Shown here one piece after another: positions 42,256-53,218 of a stretch of 61,124 nt of DNA. The position numbers were made by a program, and so were the translations under genes. Position 1 is the first letter of the stretch. Each line of letters opens with the position of its first letter. Location of the stretch: positions 1-61,124 of the forward strand of contig JBCBJQ010000026.1 in NCBI GenBank assembly GCA_038523235.1, written 5' to 3'. This DNA is from Cyanobacteria bacterium J06626_4 (lineage in GTDB: Bacteria; Cyanobacteriota; Cyanobacteriia; Phormidesmidales; Phormidesmidaceae). Below the pieces are notes generated by a model. The model was given only the letters and a program-made list of their open reading frames with translations. It had not been told where the DNA came from and made no database searches.

Positions 42256-43137
42256 CTACAGTGGGTTGGCCTCGTTTACCCGTTCCGGTAAGGGAATCCG
42301 TTCATCTTCATCCGGTACGGAGGCAAATCGGTTGGCGCGCCAGTCGGCTTTAGCTTGCTCAATGCGGTCTTGGCGACTAGAGACAAAGTTCCACCATTTG
42401 AATCGCTGACCCAAGGGCTCGCCCCCGATCACCATGCAGCGGCCTGAGGGGGCGGCGAGGGTGGTAGTCTGACCGGGCTCTAAAACTGCTAGCTGTCGCG
42501 CAGGCAAGGCGGTGCCGTCAACTGTCAAGCCTGCATCGATGCTGTAGACGGCTTGCTCGCTGTAGGCGGCAGGCAGGGTGATGACTCCGGCCTGTTCAAA
42601 CACGATATCCAAATAAAGAATCGGCGAGAGGGCTTTGACGGGGGAGGTGCGATCGCCCAATTGACCGGCAATCAGCGTGATTGAAACGCCATTTTCTTGC
42701 CAGGTGGGAATCTCATCCGCCCCGTAGTGGTGAAACCAGGGCGCTGTTTCTTCATGTTCTGCAGGCAAGGCGACCCAGGTTTGCATGCCGTGGATGCTGG
42801 CCGCTTGCTCGCGATCTCGCTCCGGCGATCGTTCCGAATGCACAATGCCCTGACCAGCGGTCATCCAGTTCACTGCTCCAGGGCGAATTTCTTGGACGGT
42901 GCCCAGGCTATCGCGATGCATAAACGCACCGTCGAACAGGTAGGTCACGGTCGCTAAATTGATGTGAGGGTGAGGCCGCACATCAATACCTTGGCCTGCT
43001 GGGAGTTCGGAGGGGCCTAAATGGTCAAAGAAAATGAAGGGGCCGACCATCTGTAGACCTGGGGCGGGTAAGCTACGACGGGCAATGAAGCCGCCCAGAT
43101 CCTTGACTTCGGGCGCTAGGAGGTGACGAATGGGCAT
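42256..43137 (-). CDS. Pirin family protein
   Basis: GPFIFFDH, HPHINL, HRDSLG and MTAGQGIVHSE motifs. Confidence 0.93.
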   Translation of the reverse strand: MPIRHLLAPEVKDLGGFIARRSLPAPGLQMVGPFIFFDHLGPSELPAGQGIDVRPHPHINLATVTYLFDGAFMHRDSLGTVQEIRPGAVNWMTAGQGIVHSERSPERDREQAASIHGMQTWVALPAEHEETAPWFHHYGADEIPTWQENGVSITLIAGQLGDRTSPVKALSPILYLDIVFEQAGVITLPAAYSEQAVYSIDAGLTVDGTALPARQLAVLEPGQTTTLAAPSGRCMVIGGEPLGQRFKWWNFVSSRQDRIEQAKADWRANRFASVPDEDERIPLPERVNEANPL

Positions 43138-43318
43138 GGTGTTGAAAACAGACAGCTATCGTTGATGATGCCACTCCGTGACGCTTGTTGCGGTTAAGGA
43201 TGGACGGAGCGAGATTTCGCATTCGCCATGCCGCATTCCGAACGCCCTGTCATCGCTGCGCAAACGTGATGAGACTGAATGCGGTGTGTCATCTTGGAAA
43301 GAGCTTGAGGAGAGTCGC

Positions 43319-44485
43319 ATGGCCCGTCGCCGATCGTTCACAACCTGGTTAGAAACTCACTGGGTCGCGCCTGCCTATGCCGGGGGCGTGCTACTAGGGT
43401 TGGCGATCGCCTTTTTTGGGGCGGCAGTCAACAGTATGGCTGGTTGGCTATACGCCATTAGCGGGGTGATGCTGGCGATCACCGCGATTAATATTTGGTC
43501 ATCGCCGCGCAGCTTGCGAGGGCTACAGATTCACCGGCAGCCAGTGCGCCCGATTAGCGTCGGCGAAGCGCTCTCGGTCGTGATCACTCTCGATAACTTG
43601 ACCGCTCGACCGAAGACCCTGCTGCAGGTGAGAGATCTGGTACCTGAAGCGTTTGGCACCTGGCCCGAGACGGCGATCGCCGCGATCGCCCCTCATCAGC
43701 AACACCGGTGGGAATACACCTGCTATCCCACCCAACGCGGTCTTTATCACTGGCCCACGTTGGCCTTGCGCACCGCTGGTCCCTTTGGCTTGTTTTGGTG
43801 TCAGCGCCCTCAATCAGTGGCCGCCCACGCCACGGTCTATCCGACAATTTTGCCGCTGTCGCACTGCCCCTTGATCGATCAGATGGGTGTCGCAACCGGC
43901 ACGCGGTGGGAAGCTGACCGGCGATCTCAGCAGTCCAGTGGCGGGCTCACGCGCGCGGTGCGGCCCTATCGCTGGGGCGACCCGACTCGCCTGATTCACT
44001 GGCGTACCAGTGCCCGCTATGGTGAACTGCGGGTGCGGGAGCTAGAGGAACAAACCGCAGAAAACCAGGTGCTCATCGGCCTCGATGCGAGTGCTCACTG
44101 GCCTGGCGAAAGTTTTGAAGCGGCGGTGATTGCAGCGGCTAGTCTCTATGTCTATAGCTTGCAGCGACAGCTATCGGTGGTGCTGTGGTTGCCCCAAACG
44201 GGCCTGCTGCAAAATCACCATACGGTGTTATCGGCGCTGGCTGAAGTCATGCCCGCTCCGGCTCCCTCGACGACGCGCTTACCAGATCAGCCGTTGATTT
44301 GGTTGAGTCCGAGTGGCACTGTGCCAGCGCTGCCGTTAGGCAGTATCTGGGTGCGATGGCCGGGGACTGATGGGACGACATCTGCATCTCTTGCCGCCAC
44401 GTTGCCCACCCTGATGATGACGACCACGCAAGACCTGACGCTCCAACTCCAATCAGATTGGCGGCAGACGGTCGAGCCGCGATGA
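43319..44485 (+). CDS. DUF58 domain protein
   Basis: N-terminal TM segments; RPYRWGDPTRLIHWRTSAR motif; start ATG 43319 after GAGGAG. Confidence 0.88.
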   Translation: MARRRSFTTWLETHWVAPAYAGGVLLGLAIAFFGAAVNSMAGWLYAISGVMLAITAINIWSSPRSLRGLQIHRQPVRPISVGEALSVVITLDNLTARPKTLLQVRDLVPEAFGTWPETAIAAIAPHQQHRWEYTCYPTQRGLYHWPTLALRTAGPFGLFWCQRPQSVAAHATVYPTILPLSHCPLIDQMGVATGTRWEADRRSQQSSGGLTRAVRPYRWGDPTRLIHWRTSARYGELRVRELEEQTAENQVLIGLDASAHWPGESFEAAVIAAASLYVYSLQRQLSVVLWLPQTGLLQNHHTVLSALAEVMPAPAPSTTRLPDQPLIWLSPSGTVPALPLGSIWVRWPGTDGTTSASLAATLPTLMMTTTQDLTLQLQSDWRQTVEPR

Positions 44486-44545
44486 GGCGAGCGATCGCCA
44501 ATTTTCTGCCATCAATGTGAGCAAAACGGATAATTACCGCTAAAT

Positions 44546-45013
44546 TTGAAGCCAGGCGTTGACTCGGTGACAGCGACTATGCACTTCCTCAAACTTAGTA
44601 GTGCCTCCCTTTTGCTGCTAGTGGGCTTTTTGTGTTTAGGCCGCACGGTAGAAACGGGGCTGAATCAAAATCCCAATCTGACGGATCGGCGAGAAATTAT
44701 GACGGCGGGCCTGCTGATCGGGCTCCCGGCAACCGCTCTTGGCAGTTGGCTCATTTGGCACGATCGCCAACAGCGTCAACGTCAGCAGGCTCAACAGTTA
44801 CGCGCTGTCTTTTTTGACCTGGTGGAAGCGGGACGGGGGCAAATCACGCCGCTGCATTTAGCCATGGCCGCGCAGATTGACGGCGACGTCGCCAAAGCCT
44901 ACCTCAACGATCGCAGTGTGGAATATGACGCCACGTTTCAGGTTGATGATGACGGCACGATTGTTTACTGCTTTTCCACCGTGGGCTTGCCGATGGGAGA
45001 GTTCGCGTCATGA
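44546..45013 (+). CDS. Hypothetical membrane protein
   Basis: Two TM segments plus a helical C-terminal domain; stop overlaps the next ATG. Confidence 0.7.
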   Translation: MKPGVDSVTATMHFLKLSSASLLLLVGFLCLGRTVETGLNQNPNLTDRREIMTAGLLIGLPATALGSWLIWHDRQQRQRQQAQQLRAVFFDLVEAGRGQITPLHLAMAAQIDGDVAKAYLNDRSVEYDATFQVDDDGTIVYCFSTVGLPMGEFAS

Positions 45014-45480
45014 CGTCACCCCATCCCTTGTTGTCGGCTGCGGCGATCGCTGCTATGCCCGAGCACGTCTTTGGTCATCCGCTCAATGCCAATGCTGTGC
45101 GCCATACGCGATCGTTGGCCGCGGCGACGGGTTGCCTACAGCTAGGCGTGCATTTGGTGCGGGTTTTGCCGGGGCACGATTCCACCGAACATCATCGTCA
45201 TCGCGGTGAAGAAGAATTTATCTACATTCTCTCGGGTCGCGGCCTTGCCCACATTGGGGAAGACACCTTTGAGGTCGCCCCCGGTGACTTCATGGGCTTT
45301 CGTCCCGACAGCTTGGCCCACAGTATGCATAATCCCTTTGACGAAGATCTGGTGTATTTGATGGGCGGCACCGATTTAGATTACGACGTGGTGGACTATC
45401 CTCGGCAGGGCAAACGCATGTATCGCGTCGGCGATCGCCGCACCTATGAAGCGATGCCAGAAACAACGCCCCCATGCTGA
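45010..45480 (+). CDS. Cupin domain protein
   Basis: HxHxxEEEFIYILSG and PGDFMGF..H cupin motifs. Confidence 0.88.
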   Translation: MTSPHPLLSAAAIAAMPEHVFGHPLNANAVRHTRSLAAATGCLQLGVHLVRVLPGHDSTEHHRHRGEEEFIYILSGRGLAHIGEDTFEVAPGDFMGFRPDSLAHSMHNPFDEDLVYLMGGTDLDYDVVDYPRQGKRMYRVGDRRTYEAMPETTPPC

Positions 45481-45881
45481 CGACTACGCTAACCGGGGGC
45501 TGCCTCTGCGGCGCCGTGCGCTATCGCAGCACCGCACCGCTGATTGATGCAGGATATTGCCACTGTACGATCTGCCAAAAAAGCTGCGGCGCTCCTGTCG
45601 TGGCTTGGGTTTCAGTGCCGAAAAGTGGATTCGTGTTCACTCAGGGCACGCCGGCCGAGTATGCCTCTTCGCTTCAGGGGCGTCGTCAGTTTTGTCCGAT
45701 TTGTGGCACCCAGCTTACCTTTACCCACATTGACAGCCATGAAGTGGACATGACGGTGACGACACTCGATCAGCACGATGCGATCGTGCTCGAATATCAC
45801 ATTTGGACGGTGTATCAAGCGCCATGGCTAACGATCACCGATGACCTGCCTCGCTATGCGGATAACGGGCCTGACCGATGA
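45474..45881 (+). CDS. GFA family protein
   Basis: GGCLCGAVRY, CHCTICQK and FCPICGT zinc motifs. Confidence 0.9.
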   Translation: MLTTTLTGGCLCGAVRYRSTAPLIDAGYCHCTICQKSCGAPVVAWVSVPKSGFVFTQGTPAEYASSLQGRRQFCPICGTQLTFTHIDSHEVDMTVTTLDQHDAIVLEYHIWTVYQAPWLTITDDLPRYADNGPDR

Positions 45882-45976
45882 GGAAGTCTTCTCCAGTTAC
45901 TTGTGAGTGGTCAGCTCTCCTCGCTAGCAACTGGAGATTGAGTAATCCACGCGGGTGAGGCGATCTGGGTCGTGGC

Positions 45977-46879
45977 TCAGGATTCGATCGCGTAGGTCAC
46001 CGCTAGACGATAACTATCGTTGGCCGCCACCGTGACAATGTCGTCGGCTGCATTGGTAGTTTCGACACAAATAAAGCCGGTGTAGCTGTCATCCGCCAGA
46101 TCTCCTGACTTGGCTGCAATCTCAGACCAGGGATTCCACACGACGGCTGTTTGATTGCCCGTTGAGGTGATTTTGAGACGGCGGTTGAGTGCCGCATCTT
46201 CAACAGTTAATTCGCTGGGCGCCCCCTGATAGATGCGATCAACTTCGCCCGCGATCGTCACTGCGCCAGACTGCGGCTTCACCTGTTGACCATCCACTTT
46301 ATCGATATAGGTGGTGCCGTCTAACCCCACCACGGTGGTTTGCGTGATGTCGCCCACGGTGAAATAGGTGTGCAACGCCTGGGTGATATCAAAGGGGTGA
46401 TCGCCGGTATTGCGGCTCACTAGGGCGATGTCGAGCGTGCTGCCCACGGTAATCTCGATCGTCAGCTCGAAAGTGTGGGGCCACAATGCGCGCGTGTCTT
46501 CGGTATCGCTGACGCCAAGGGTGACCTGAGTATCTCCGTTCGGCAACGCTGCGGTGCTCTTGACCTGCCACTGTCGATTGCGCACAAACCCGTGACTAGG
46601 GCGGCCCTGTCCTTCTGGATCGGGGCCGAACCAAGGCCAGCAGACCGGTGCGCCGCCCTTGATGGCTTTGCCCGGTTGGTAGTAAGCGCGATCGCTGACG
46701 AACATCAAATCCTGAGCCGCGCCCTGAGGCTGAAACGACAGCACTTGCCCGCCATACAGTGAAATCAGCGCTGTTGCCTGATCGTTAGCGACTTCAATGT
46801 AAGGAAAGTCGCCCTTGCCGGTCACAAACGTTACCTGACCAGAAAGGCCATAGTCTTGATTGAGCTGAGCCAGATCCAT
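45977..46879 (-). CDS. D-hexose-6-phosphate mutarotase (aldose 1-epimerase family)
   Basis: GGxPVCWPWFG, HGFVR, ALHTYF, VVWNPW and FICVE motifs. Confidence 0.92.
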   Translation of the reverse strand: MDLAQLNQDYGLSGQVTFVTGKGDFPYIEVANDQATALISLYGGQVLSFQPQGAAQDLMFVSDRAYYQPGKAIKGGAPVCWPWFGPDPEGQGRPSHGFVRNRQWQVKSTAALPNGDTQVTLGVSDTEDTRALWPHTFELTIEITVGSTLDIALVSRNTGDHPFDITQALHTYFTVGDITQTTVVGLDGTTYIDKVDGQQVKPQSGAVTIAGEVDRIYQGAPSELTVEDAALNRRLKITSTGNQTAVVWNPWSEIAAKSGDLADDSYTGFICVETTNAADDIVTVAANDSYRLAVTYAIES

Positions 46880-46955
46880 GTTGCCAATCCTCTTGCCTGC
46901 CTCTCAATTAAACCGTGTTCACCGATTAATTTAGGGTTAAACAGTGAGGCCATAA

Positions 46956-49901
46956 CTATTCACCATAGGCTGCCATTGGCAGGCATGAGCACATTAGGTT
47001 GCGATCGCCGTAGGCTTGGTCAATCCGATTCACGGCGGGCCAAAACTTATTGGTTTGAGTCCAATCGGTGGGAAACACTGCCTGACGGCGATCGTAGGGC
47101 CGCTGCCAATCAGCAACTAAATCCTCAGCAGTATGGGGGGCGAGCTTGAGCGGATTGTTTTCTGCGTCTACCTGGCCCGTCGCGATCGCCTCAATTTCTT
47201 GCCGAATAGCGATCATGGCGTCGCAGAAGCGATCGAGTTCCGCCTTGGCTTCACTCTCAGTCGGCTCAATCATGATGGTTCCAGCTACTGGCCAAGACAT
47301 GGTGGGCGGATGAAAGCCGTAGTCGATGAGTCGCTTTGAGACATCTTCGACGGTGACGCCTGCTGACTTGCGGAAGGGTCGCAAATCCACAATGCACTCG
47401 TGGGCGACCAAGCCCTGCTGACCGGTGTAGAGAATGTCGTAATGACCGGTCAGGCGCTGCGCCATGTAGTTGGCGTTGAGAATCGCCACCTCGGTCGCCC
47501 GCTGCAGCCCGGCGCTGCCCATCATGGCAATGTACATCCAAGAAATCGGCAAAATGCTGGCGCTGCCCCAGGGAGCTGACGTCACCGCACCGATCGCCTG
47601 CTCGCCACCGACTTCAGTCACTAAACTGTGTCCTGGCAAAAAGGGCTTCAGGTGGGCCTGCACACCAATCGGCCCGACACCAGGCCCACCGCCACCGTGG
47701 GGAATGCAAAACGTTTTGTGCAAATTCAGGTGGCAGACATCGGCACCAAAATCAGCCGGACGGCAGAGCCCCACCTGGGCGTTCATGTTGGCCCCATCCA
47801 TATAGACCTGACCGCCGTGAGCGTGGACGATATCGCAGATTTCGCGAATGCCCGCTTCAAACACGCCGTGGGTTGAGGGATAGGTGACCATCAGGGCGGA
47901 CAGATCAGCGGCATGTTGTTCAGCCTTGGCGCGCAGGTCGGCAATATCGACGTTGCCCTCCTCATCGCACTGCACGGCAATCACCTTCATGCCGGCCATG
48001 ACGGCGCTCGCAGGGTTGGTGCCGTGGGCCGACTCGGGAATCAAACAAATGGTGCGGTGATGATCGCCCCGCTGCCGGTGATATTCGCGAATCACCAGCA
48101 GTCCGGTGTACTCGCCTTGAGCACCGGCATTGGGCTGGAGTGAGATGCCCGCAAAGCCCGTAATCTCGCCCAGCCACGTTTCCAAATCACTAAAGAGTTG
48201 GCGATAGCCCTGGGTTTGGCTCAGTGGCGCAAAGGGATGAATTTGGCCGAATTCGGGCCAGGTCACCGGCATCATTTCAGCGGTAGCGTTCAGCTTCATC
48301 GTGCAGGAGCCTAACGGAATCATCGCCGCCGTCAGCGATAGATCACGCGACTGCAGGCGATGCATGTACCGCAGCATCTCCGTTTCAGAATGGTAGGTGT
48401 TGAAAACGGGATGGGTGAGATACTCGCTCTGCCGTTGCAGCGGATGTTGGGCTAGGGGTAAAACGGGGGTCGGTAACGGTATGGCTTTTGGCGTGAAGAC
48501 GCTGATCAGGTCTTGCACATCAGCGGTCGTGGTTGTTTCGTCCAGCGCGACGACCAGCGTGTCGGCATCTAACTCGCGCAGGTTAATTTGCTGAGCGGCG
48601 GCGCGAGTCAAAATGTCAGACTGGCGATCGCCCACCGACACGCGCAGAGTATCGAAGTACGGCTCTGTGCCTAGCTCAAATCCTGCTTCAGTCAGCGCCG
48701 CGGCTAACGTCGCGGTCAACTGGTGAGCTCGGGTGGCGATCGCCTGCAAGCCCGCCGGCCCGTGATATACCGCGTACATGCCCGCAATCACCGCTAGCAA
48801 CACCTGTGCGGTACAAATGTTGCTGGTCGCGGCGTCCCGGCGAATGTGCTGCTCGCGGGTTTGCAGCGCCAGTCGCAATGCCGGTTTGTCGTAGCTGTCT
48901 TTCGAGACGCCCACCAGACGACCCGGTAGCTTGCGCGCATAGCGATCGCGGGTCGCAAAGTAAGCCGCGTGTGGCCCTCCGTAACCCAGCGGTACTCCGA
49001 ACCGCTGCGTGTTACCCACGGCAATATCAGCGGCCATTTCTCCCGGCGATCGCAGCAGAGTGAGGCTCAATAGGTCAGCGGCGACGGTGACCAACGCTTT
49101 ACCCTCGTGGGCCTGGGTGATGAAGTCGCTGTAGTCATAGACTGCGCCGTCGGTGGCGGGATACTGCAGCAGCGCACCAAAAATTGGAGTCGCAAAGTCA
49201 AAGGTCCGATGATCGCCGACGAGCACCTCAATACCCAAAGGCAGTGCTCGCGTTTTCACCACGGCAATCGTTTGCGGATGGCAGGCTGAAGACACCCAAA
49301 ATGTTTTCACTGCTTTTTGCTTGCGGACGTTAAAGCTCAGGGTCATGGCTTCTGCCGCTGCCGTGCCTTCGTCCAGCAGCGATGCGTTGGCAATTTCCAA
49401 CCCGGTCAGATCGGTCACCATGGTTTGAAAGTTCAGCAGTGCTTCCAGCCGGCCCTGGGCAATCTCAGGCTGATAGGGCGTGTATTGGGTGTACCAGCCG
49501 GGATTTTCTAACACGTTGCGCTGAATGACAGGAGGCGTCAGCGTGTTGGCGTAGCCTAACCCCAGATAAGACCGCCAAACCTGGTTTTGCGCTGCGATCG
49601 CCTGCAGTTTTGCCAGGGCTTGTGATTCACTCAACCCCGCCTCAATAGCGAGGGGCTGGGTGAGTTGAATATCGACGGGAACCGTGGTCGCCATTAGCGC
49701 TGCCAGAGAGTCGTAGCCCAATGCCGCCAGCATGGCTTGAATGTCGGCGGATCGTGGCCCAATGTGACGCGCCACAAAGTCGCTCAGCGGAGCGGGACTG
49801 GCCGCTGCTGGCTGGGGAGACGCGGGGGGCGACACGATCGCTGGGCGAGTCGTTTCGGGTGACAACGTACTTGGGGTTTGGCTAGGCAACAACTCCGACA
49901 A
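46956..49901 (-). CDS. gcvP: Glycine dehydrogenase (glycine cleavage P protein)
   Basis: [33 protein letters not shown] and [18 protein letters not shown] motifs. Confidence 0.97.
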   Translation of the reverse strand: MSELLPSQTPSTLSPETTRPAIVSPPASPQPAAASPAPLSDFVARHIGPRSADIQAMLAALGYDSLAALMATTVPVDIQLTQPLAIEAGLSESQALAKLQAIAAQNQVWRSYLGLGYANTLTPPVIQRNVLENPGWYTQYTPYQPEIAQGRLEALLNFQTMVTDLTGLEIANASLLDEGTAAAEAMTLSFNVRKQKAVKTFWVSSACHPQTIAVVKTRALPLGIEVLVGDHRTFDFATPIFGALLQYPATDGAVYDYSDFITQAHEGKALVTVAADLLSLTLLRSPGEMAADIAVGNTQRFGVPLGYGGPHAAYFATRDRYARKLPGRLVGVSKDSYDKPALRLALQTREQHIRRDAATSNICTAQVLLAVIAGMYAVYHGPAGLQAIATRAHQLTATLAAALTEAGFELGTEPYFDTLRVSVGDRQSDILTRAAAQQINLRELDADTLVVALDETTTTADVQDLISVFTPKAIPLPTPVLPLAQHPLQRQSEYLTHPVFNTYHSETEMLRYMHRLQSRDLSLTAAMIPLGSCTMKLNATAEMMPVTWPEFGQIHPFAPLSQTQGYRQLFSDLETWLGEITGFAGISLQPNAGAQGEYTGLLVIREYHRQRGDHHRTICLIPESAHGTNPASAVMAGMKVIAVQCDEEGNVDIADLRAKAEQHAADLSALMVTYPSTHGVFEAGIREICDIVHAHGGQVYMDGANMNAQVGLCRPADFGADVCHLNLHKTFCIPHGGGGPGVGPIGVQAHLKPFLPGHSLVTEVGGEQAIGAVTSAPWGSASILPISWMYIAMMGSAGLQRATEVAILNANYMAQRLTGHYDILYTGQQGLVAHECIVDLRPFRKSAGVTVEDVSKRLIDYGFHPPTMSWPVAGTIMIEPTESEAKAELDRFCDAMIAIRQEIEAIATGQVDAENNPLKLAPHTAEDLVADWQRPYDRRQAVFPTDWTQTNKFWPAVNRIDQAYGDRNLMCSCLPMAAYGE

Positions 49902-50097
49902 TCTCCTCAGCGAACAGTTTCACAATCAGCGGCCATCATCCCGCAGAATAATTAGCCTGGCTCTCATTGTGTAACAAACTCTAACGTGTTGTCAGAGGCG
50001 ATTGGTAAGAGAGCAAAAATTAGTTGGCCACGAGGTGATCAGAGCCGGTTCATCGCCGGAGAATTGCTGCCAGTAGAGCAATTGCTAAATAGCGCGA

Positions 50098-50442
50098 CTA
50101 ACCAAACCAGGCTTCGACCCAGCGATCATCTTGCGCGGCAAACTGCTCAACGGTTTGTGCATCAATCAGCAACTGCCACCCACTCATGGGACCTTGGGCG
50201 AAGTCGTCGTGCAGCACGATCAGCTCTGTCGTGGCACTCAAAGTCCATTCTGTTTCGGGTTCATTTCTTGCGATGTAAGCGTCATCCCCACTCCAAACTC
50301 GCATGTGAGGAATCCTCAGATCCGCTTTAATTTTGAACTCTACTAAATCATCTTTCAGGGATACTTGGTCAATGATCACGGCTCTCGCTTCACGAGATTC
50401 GAAATACACGGCACGTTTATTGTGTAGAGGCGGGAGCTTCAT
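50098..50442 (-). CDS. Hypothetical protein
   Basis: 114-aa ATG ORF with protein-like composition, divergent from the hydrolase; no motif recognised. Confidence 0.55.
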   Translation of the reverse strand: MKLPPLHNKRAVYFESREARAVIIDQVSLKDDLVEFKIKADLRIPHMRVWSGDDAYIARNEPETEWTLSATTELIVLHDDFAQGPMSGWQLLIDAQTVEQFAAQDDRWVEAWFG

Positions 50443-50512
50443 GCTGAATCGGTTTCACTGAATTTTGTAGTTGTGCAACAGCAGCAGATAACTTTGATTA
50501 GGGGGAGGGTGT

Positions 50513-51403
50513 GTGCACAGTGTCAATCTCGACAGTCTGATCGCGGCGACTCGCGGCAGAAAGCGTCAAGAAAAGAGCCTGCAGTCAGAACATATGCGGC
50601 TGTTGGCTACTCAGGCCGGAGTCCTGCGGGTCTTAGACACGGGTGGTCATAAACAGCCGCTACTCGTTGTGCCCGATGGTCCCTGCGTTATTGAACATTA
50701 TGCTGATTTAATTGATTTGTTGGCTGCTGACTTCAGGGTTGTCTGTTTTGACTTGCCAGGATTTGGCTTTTCATACCCAGCTTTAACCTATGACTTCAGC
50801 GTGGTTCAAACGACGGAGGCCATCATTGAGGTGATGGATTTGCTGGCTATTCGTGATGCCAGCCTCGCGTTTACCTGTGCCAATGGATTTTTGGCCCTGC
50901 GGCTCGCCAAGCAGTATCCCCATCGGATTACTCATTTGGTGCTGGGGCAAACGCCCTCATTTACCGCCATGCGTCAGTGGAATGAGCGTATCATTCCCAA
51001 CATCTTGCAGGTTCCTTATCTGGGCCAAGCGATCGCGGCTGGATTTGCGCGGCAATTTTCAGCCCGTTGGTATGACACTGCCCTGCCGCCAAATAGCGAG
51101 CACAAATCTGCGTTCGTGGCGATTGCCAACCAGGCTTTGAAAGCGGGCGGTTGTTTTTGCCTGGCCAGTTTAGTGCAGGGGTTAAAGCGTATAGATGATA
51201 GTGAATTCGATGAGGTCTCGGTGCCGACCTTGTTGATATATGGGAGTCGCGATCGCTCTCACAGACATACGGACTTTGCCTCTTTGCGCGAGCATGTGCC
51301 CCAGGCAGAAATCATCACCTTTACGGGCTGCGGACATTTTCCTGATCTGGAGCGTCCACAGATCTACGCCACGCACATCAAGCAATTTGTCAGCGCTGCC
51401 TAA
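50513..51403 (+). CDS. Alpha/beta-fold hydrolase
   Basis: RVVCFDLPGFGFS, PTLLIYGSRD and GHFPDLE motifs; GGGAGG RBS. Confidence 0.85.
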   Translation: MHSVNLDSLIAATRGRKRQEKSLQSEHMRLLATQAGVLRVLDTGGHKQPLLVVPDGPCVIEHYADLIDLLAADFRVVCFDLPGFGFSYPALTYDFSVVQTTEAIIEVMDLLAIRDASLAFTCANGFLALRLAKQYPHRITHLVLGQTPSFTAMRQWNERIIPNILQVPYLGQAIAAGFARQFSARWYDTALPPNSEHKSAFVAIANQALKAGGCFCLASLVQGLKRIDDSEFDEVSVPTLLIYGSRDRSHRHTDFASLREHVPQAEIITFTGCGHFPDLERPQIYATHIKQFVSAA

Positions 51404-51538
51404 ACCGCCGCGACAGACGACCAACTGATCGACTTTTCAATAGCTTGTACCTGAATGAGCAACTGCCATCCATTCATGGGGCTTTGTCTAGAGGCTCTCT
51501 GGCGGCGCGATCTCGGCCAGCTTGACGGCGTCTCCTAC

Positions 51539-53218
51539 TCAACGACTCAACAGGTCTGCTTGCTGCACCAGATCTAAAAACTCAGCGCGATAACCGTAAA
51601 AATCGGACCCGCGAGATTGAGCAGCGCGGATAAAAACGGCCTCATAGTCGGCATCCGCCTTGTATTCAGAATTGCGCAACAGCAGACCAAATTCAGCAAC
51701 AGCGCTGGCAAACTGCATGTTTTCCGACGGGATATTTTGCCAAATATCCTCCCGCTGAAGCGCTTGCTGAACGAGCTGACTGGTGTCACCATCTGGCTGC
51801 TTATAGCGGAGTTTGAGGGTGAGCAAATCGTCGCTGGGCAGCACGGTTGATTCTTGATACTGCAGCGGGTCAACGCCCGGCACCGGAGCCGCAGAATCGG
51901 CGGGAATCAATTCATAAAGGGCTGTGACTGAGTGACCAGCGCCTAACTCTCCAGCGTCCTTTTGATCATCGTTGAAATCTTGCGCTTCTAAAAGCCGATT
52001 CTCATACCCTAAGAGGCGATAGGCTTTGACTTCCGCCGGATTGAACTCAATTTGCAGCTTGACGTCCTTGGCGATCGCGACGAGCGTGCCCCCCATTTCT
52101 GTCACTAGGGCTTTCTTGGCCTCCAGCAGACTATCTAGGTAGGCGTAGTTGCCATTCCCTTTGTTGGCTAACTGCTCCATCTTGGAGTCTTGGTAGTTGC
52201 CGGTACCTAACCCCAGCACCGTCAAGAAAATGCCATCGTCTCGCTTGCCTTCGATCAGCCGGACGAGTTCGCCATCACTGCTAGGGCCAACGTTGAAGTC
52301 GCCATCGGTGGCTAAAATCACTCGATTATTGCCCTCTGGTAAGAAATTCTCCTTGGCCACTTGGTAGGCCAGCTCAATGCCCGCCCCGCCAGCGGTTGAA
52401 CCGCCTGCTTGCAAGGCATCGATCGCTGCCAAAATCTGATTCGTCTCGCTGCCAGGCGTGGGCTCTAACACTAAACCGGCTGCGCCCGCGTAGACCACAA
52501 TGGCAACGCGATCGTCCGCGTCCATTTGCTCAGCCAATAGTTTGATAGCCGCCTTCAGCAAGGGCAGTTTATTCGGCTCGTCCATCGAGCCAGAAACGTC
52601 TAACAAAAACACCAGATTGTTTGGCGGCAAGACTTCGGTGTCGAGCTGTTGACCCTGTAGCCCCACTAGGAGCAATTCATGTTCGGGATTCCACGGCGCG
52701 ACGGTAAGTTCGGTGGTGATTGAAAAGGGCTCGTCCCCCGTGGGTTGAGGGTAGTCGTAGCTGAAATAGTTGATCAGTTCTTCCAGGCGCACGGCATCTG
52801 GCGGCGGCAGACGATTTTCCGTCAGGAAGCGGCGGGTATTGGCATAGGAGGCCGTATCGACATCGATCGAAAAGGTGGATAAAGGCTCCTGCACCACCGC
52901 CATAAAGGGATTTTCGTAAATGTGATCGTACTCTTCTGTGTTGAAGTCTGGTGCTTGAGTGGCGTCATCCGGCAGCGGTGCTTCGGGCTCAACTATTTGC
53001 TCAAGGTCTTGCAGCTCGGCGCTCTCAGTCGCAGGCGGCGGCGCACTGTCAGGCAGTGATTGAGGGCCGCCCTCACAGCCGACGGCCAAAGCTGTCAGAA
53101 CGATCGCGGCCAGTAGAGATGAGGGACGTCGCCAGTGGGATTTCGATCGCGTTAGCAGAACCATCGCTGTTCTCCTTCGTAATATCGCCGGAGGCGGGGC
53201 TGCGGTCAGCGATCGCAT
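51539..53218 (-). CDS. VWA-domain lipoprotein (YfbK-like)
   Basis: STFSIDVDTASY, DVSGSM MIDAS, ATDGDFNVG and DAGELGAGH motifs; lipobox AVGC. Confidence 0.9.
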   Translation of the reverse strand: MRSLTAAPPPAILRRRTAMVLLTRSKSHWRRPSSLLAAIVLTALAVGCEGGPQSLPDSAPPPATESAELQDLEQIVEPEAPLPDDATQAPDFNTEEYDHIYENPFMAVVQEPLSTFSIDVDTASYANTRRFLTENRLPPPDAVRLEELINYFSYDYPQPTGDEPFSITTELTVAPWNPEHELLLVGLQGQQLDTEVLPPNNLVFLLDVSGSMDEPNKLPLLKAAIKLLAEQMDADDRVAIVVYAGAAGLVLEPTPGSETNQILAAIDALQAGGSTAGGAGIELAYQVAKENFLPEGNNRVILATDGDFNVGPSSDGELVRLIEGKRDDGIFLTVLGLGTGNYQDSKMEQLANKGNGNYAYLDSLLEAKKALVTEMGGTLVAIAKDVKLQIEFNPAEVKAYRLLGYENRLLEAQDFNDDQKDAGELGAGHSVTALYELIPADSAAPVPGVDPLQYQESTVLPSDDLLTLKLRYKQPDGDTSQLVQQALQREDIWQNIPSENMQFASAVAEFGLLLRNSEYKADADYEAVFIRAAQSRGSDFYGYRAEFLDLVQQADLLSR

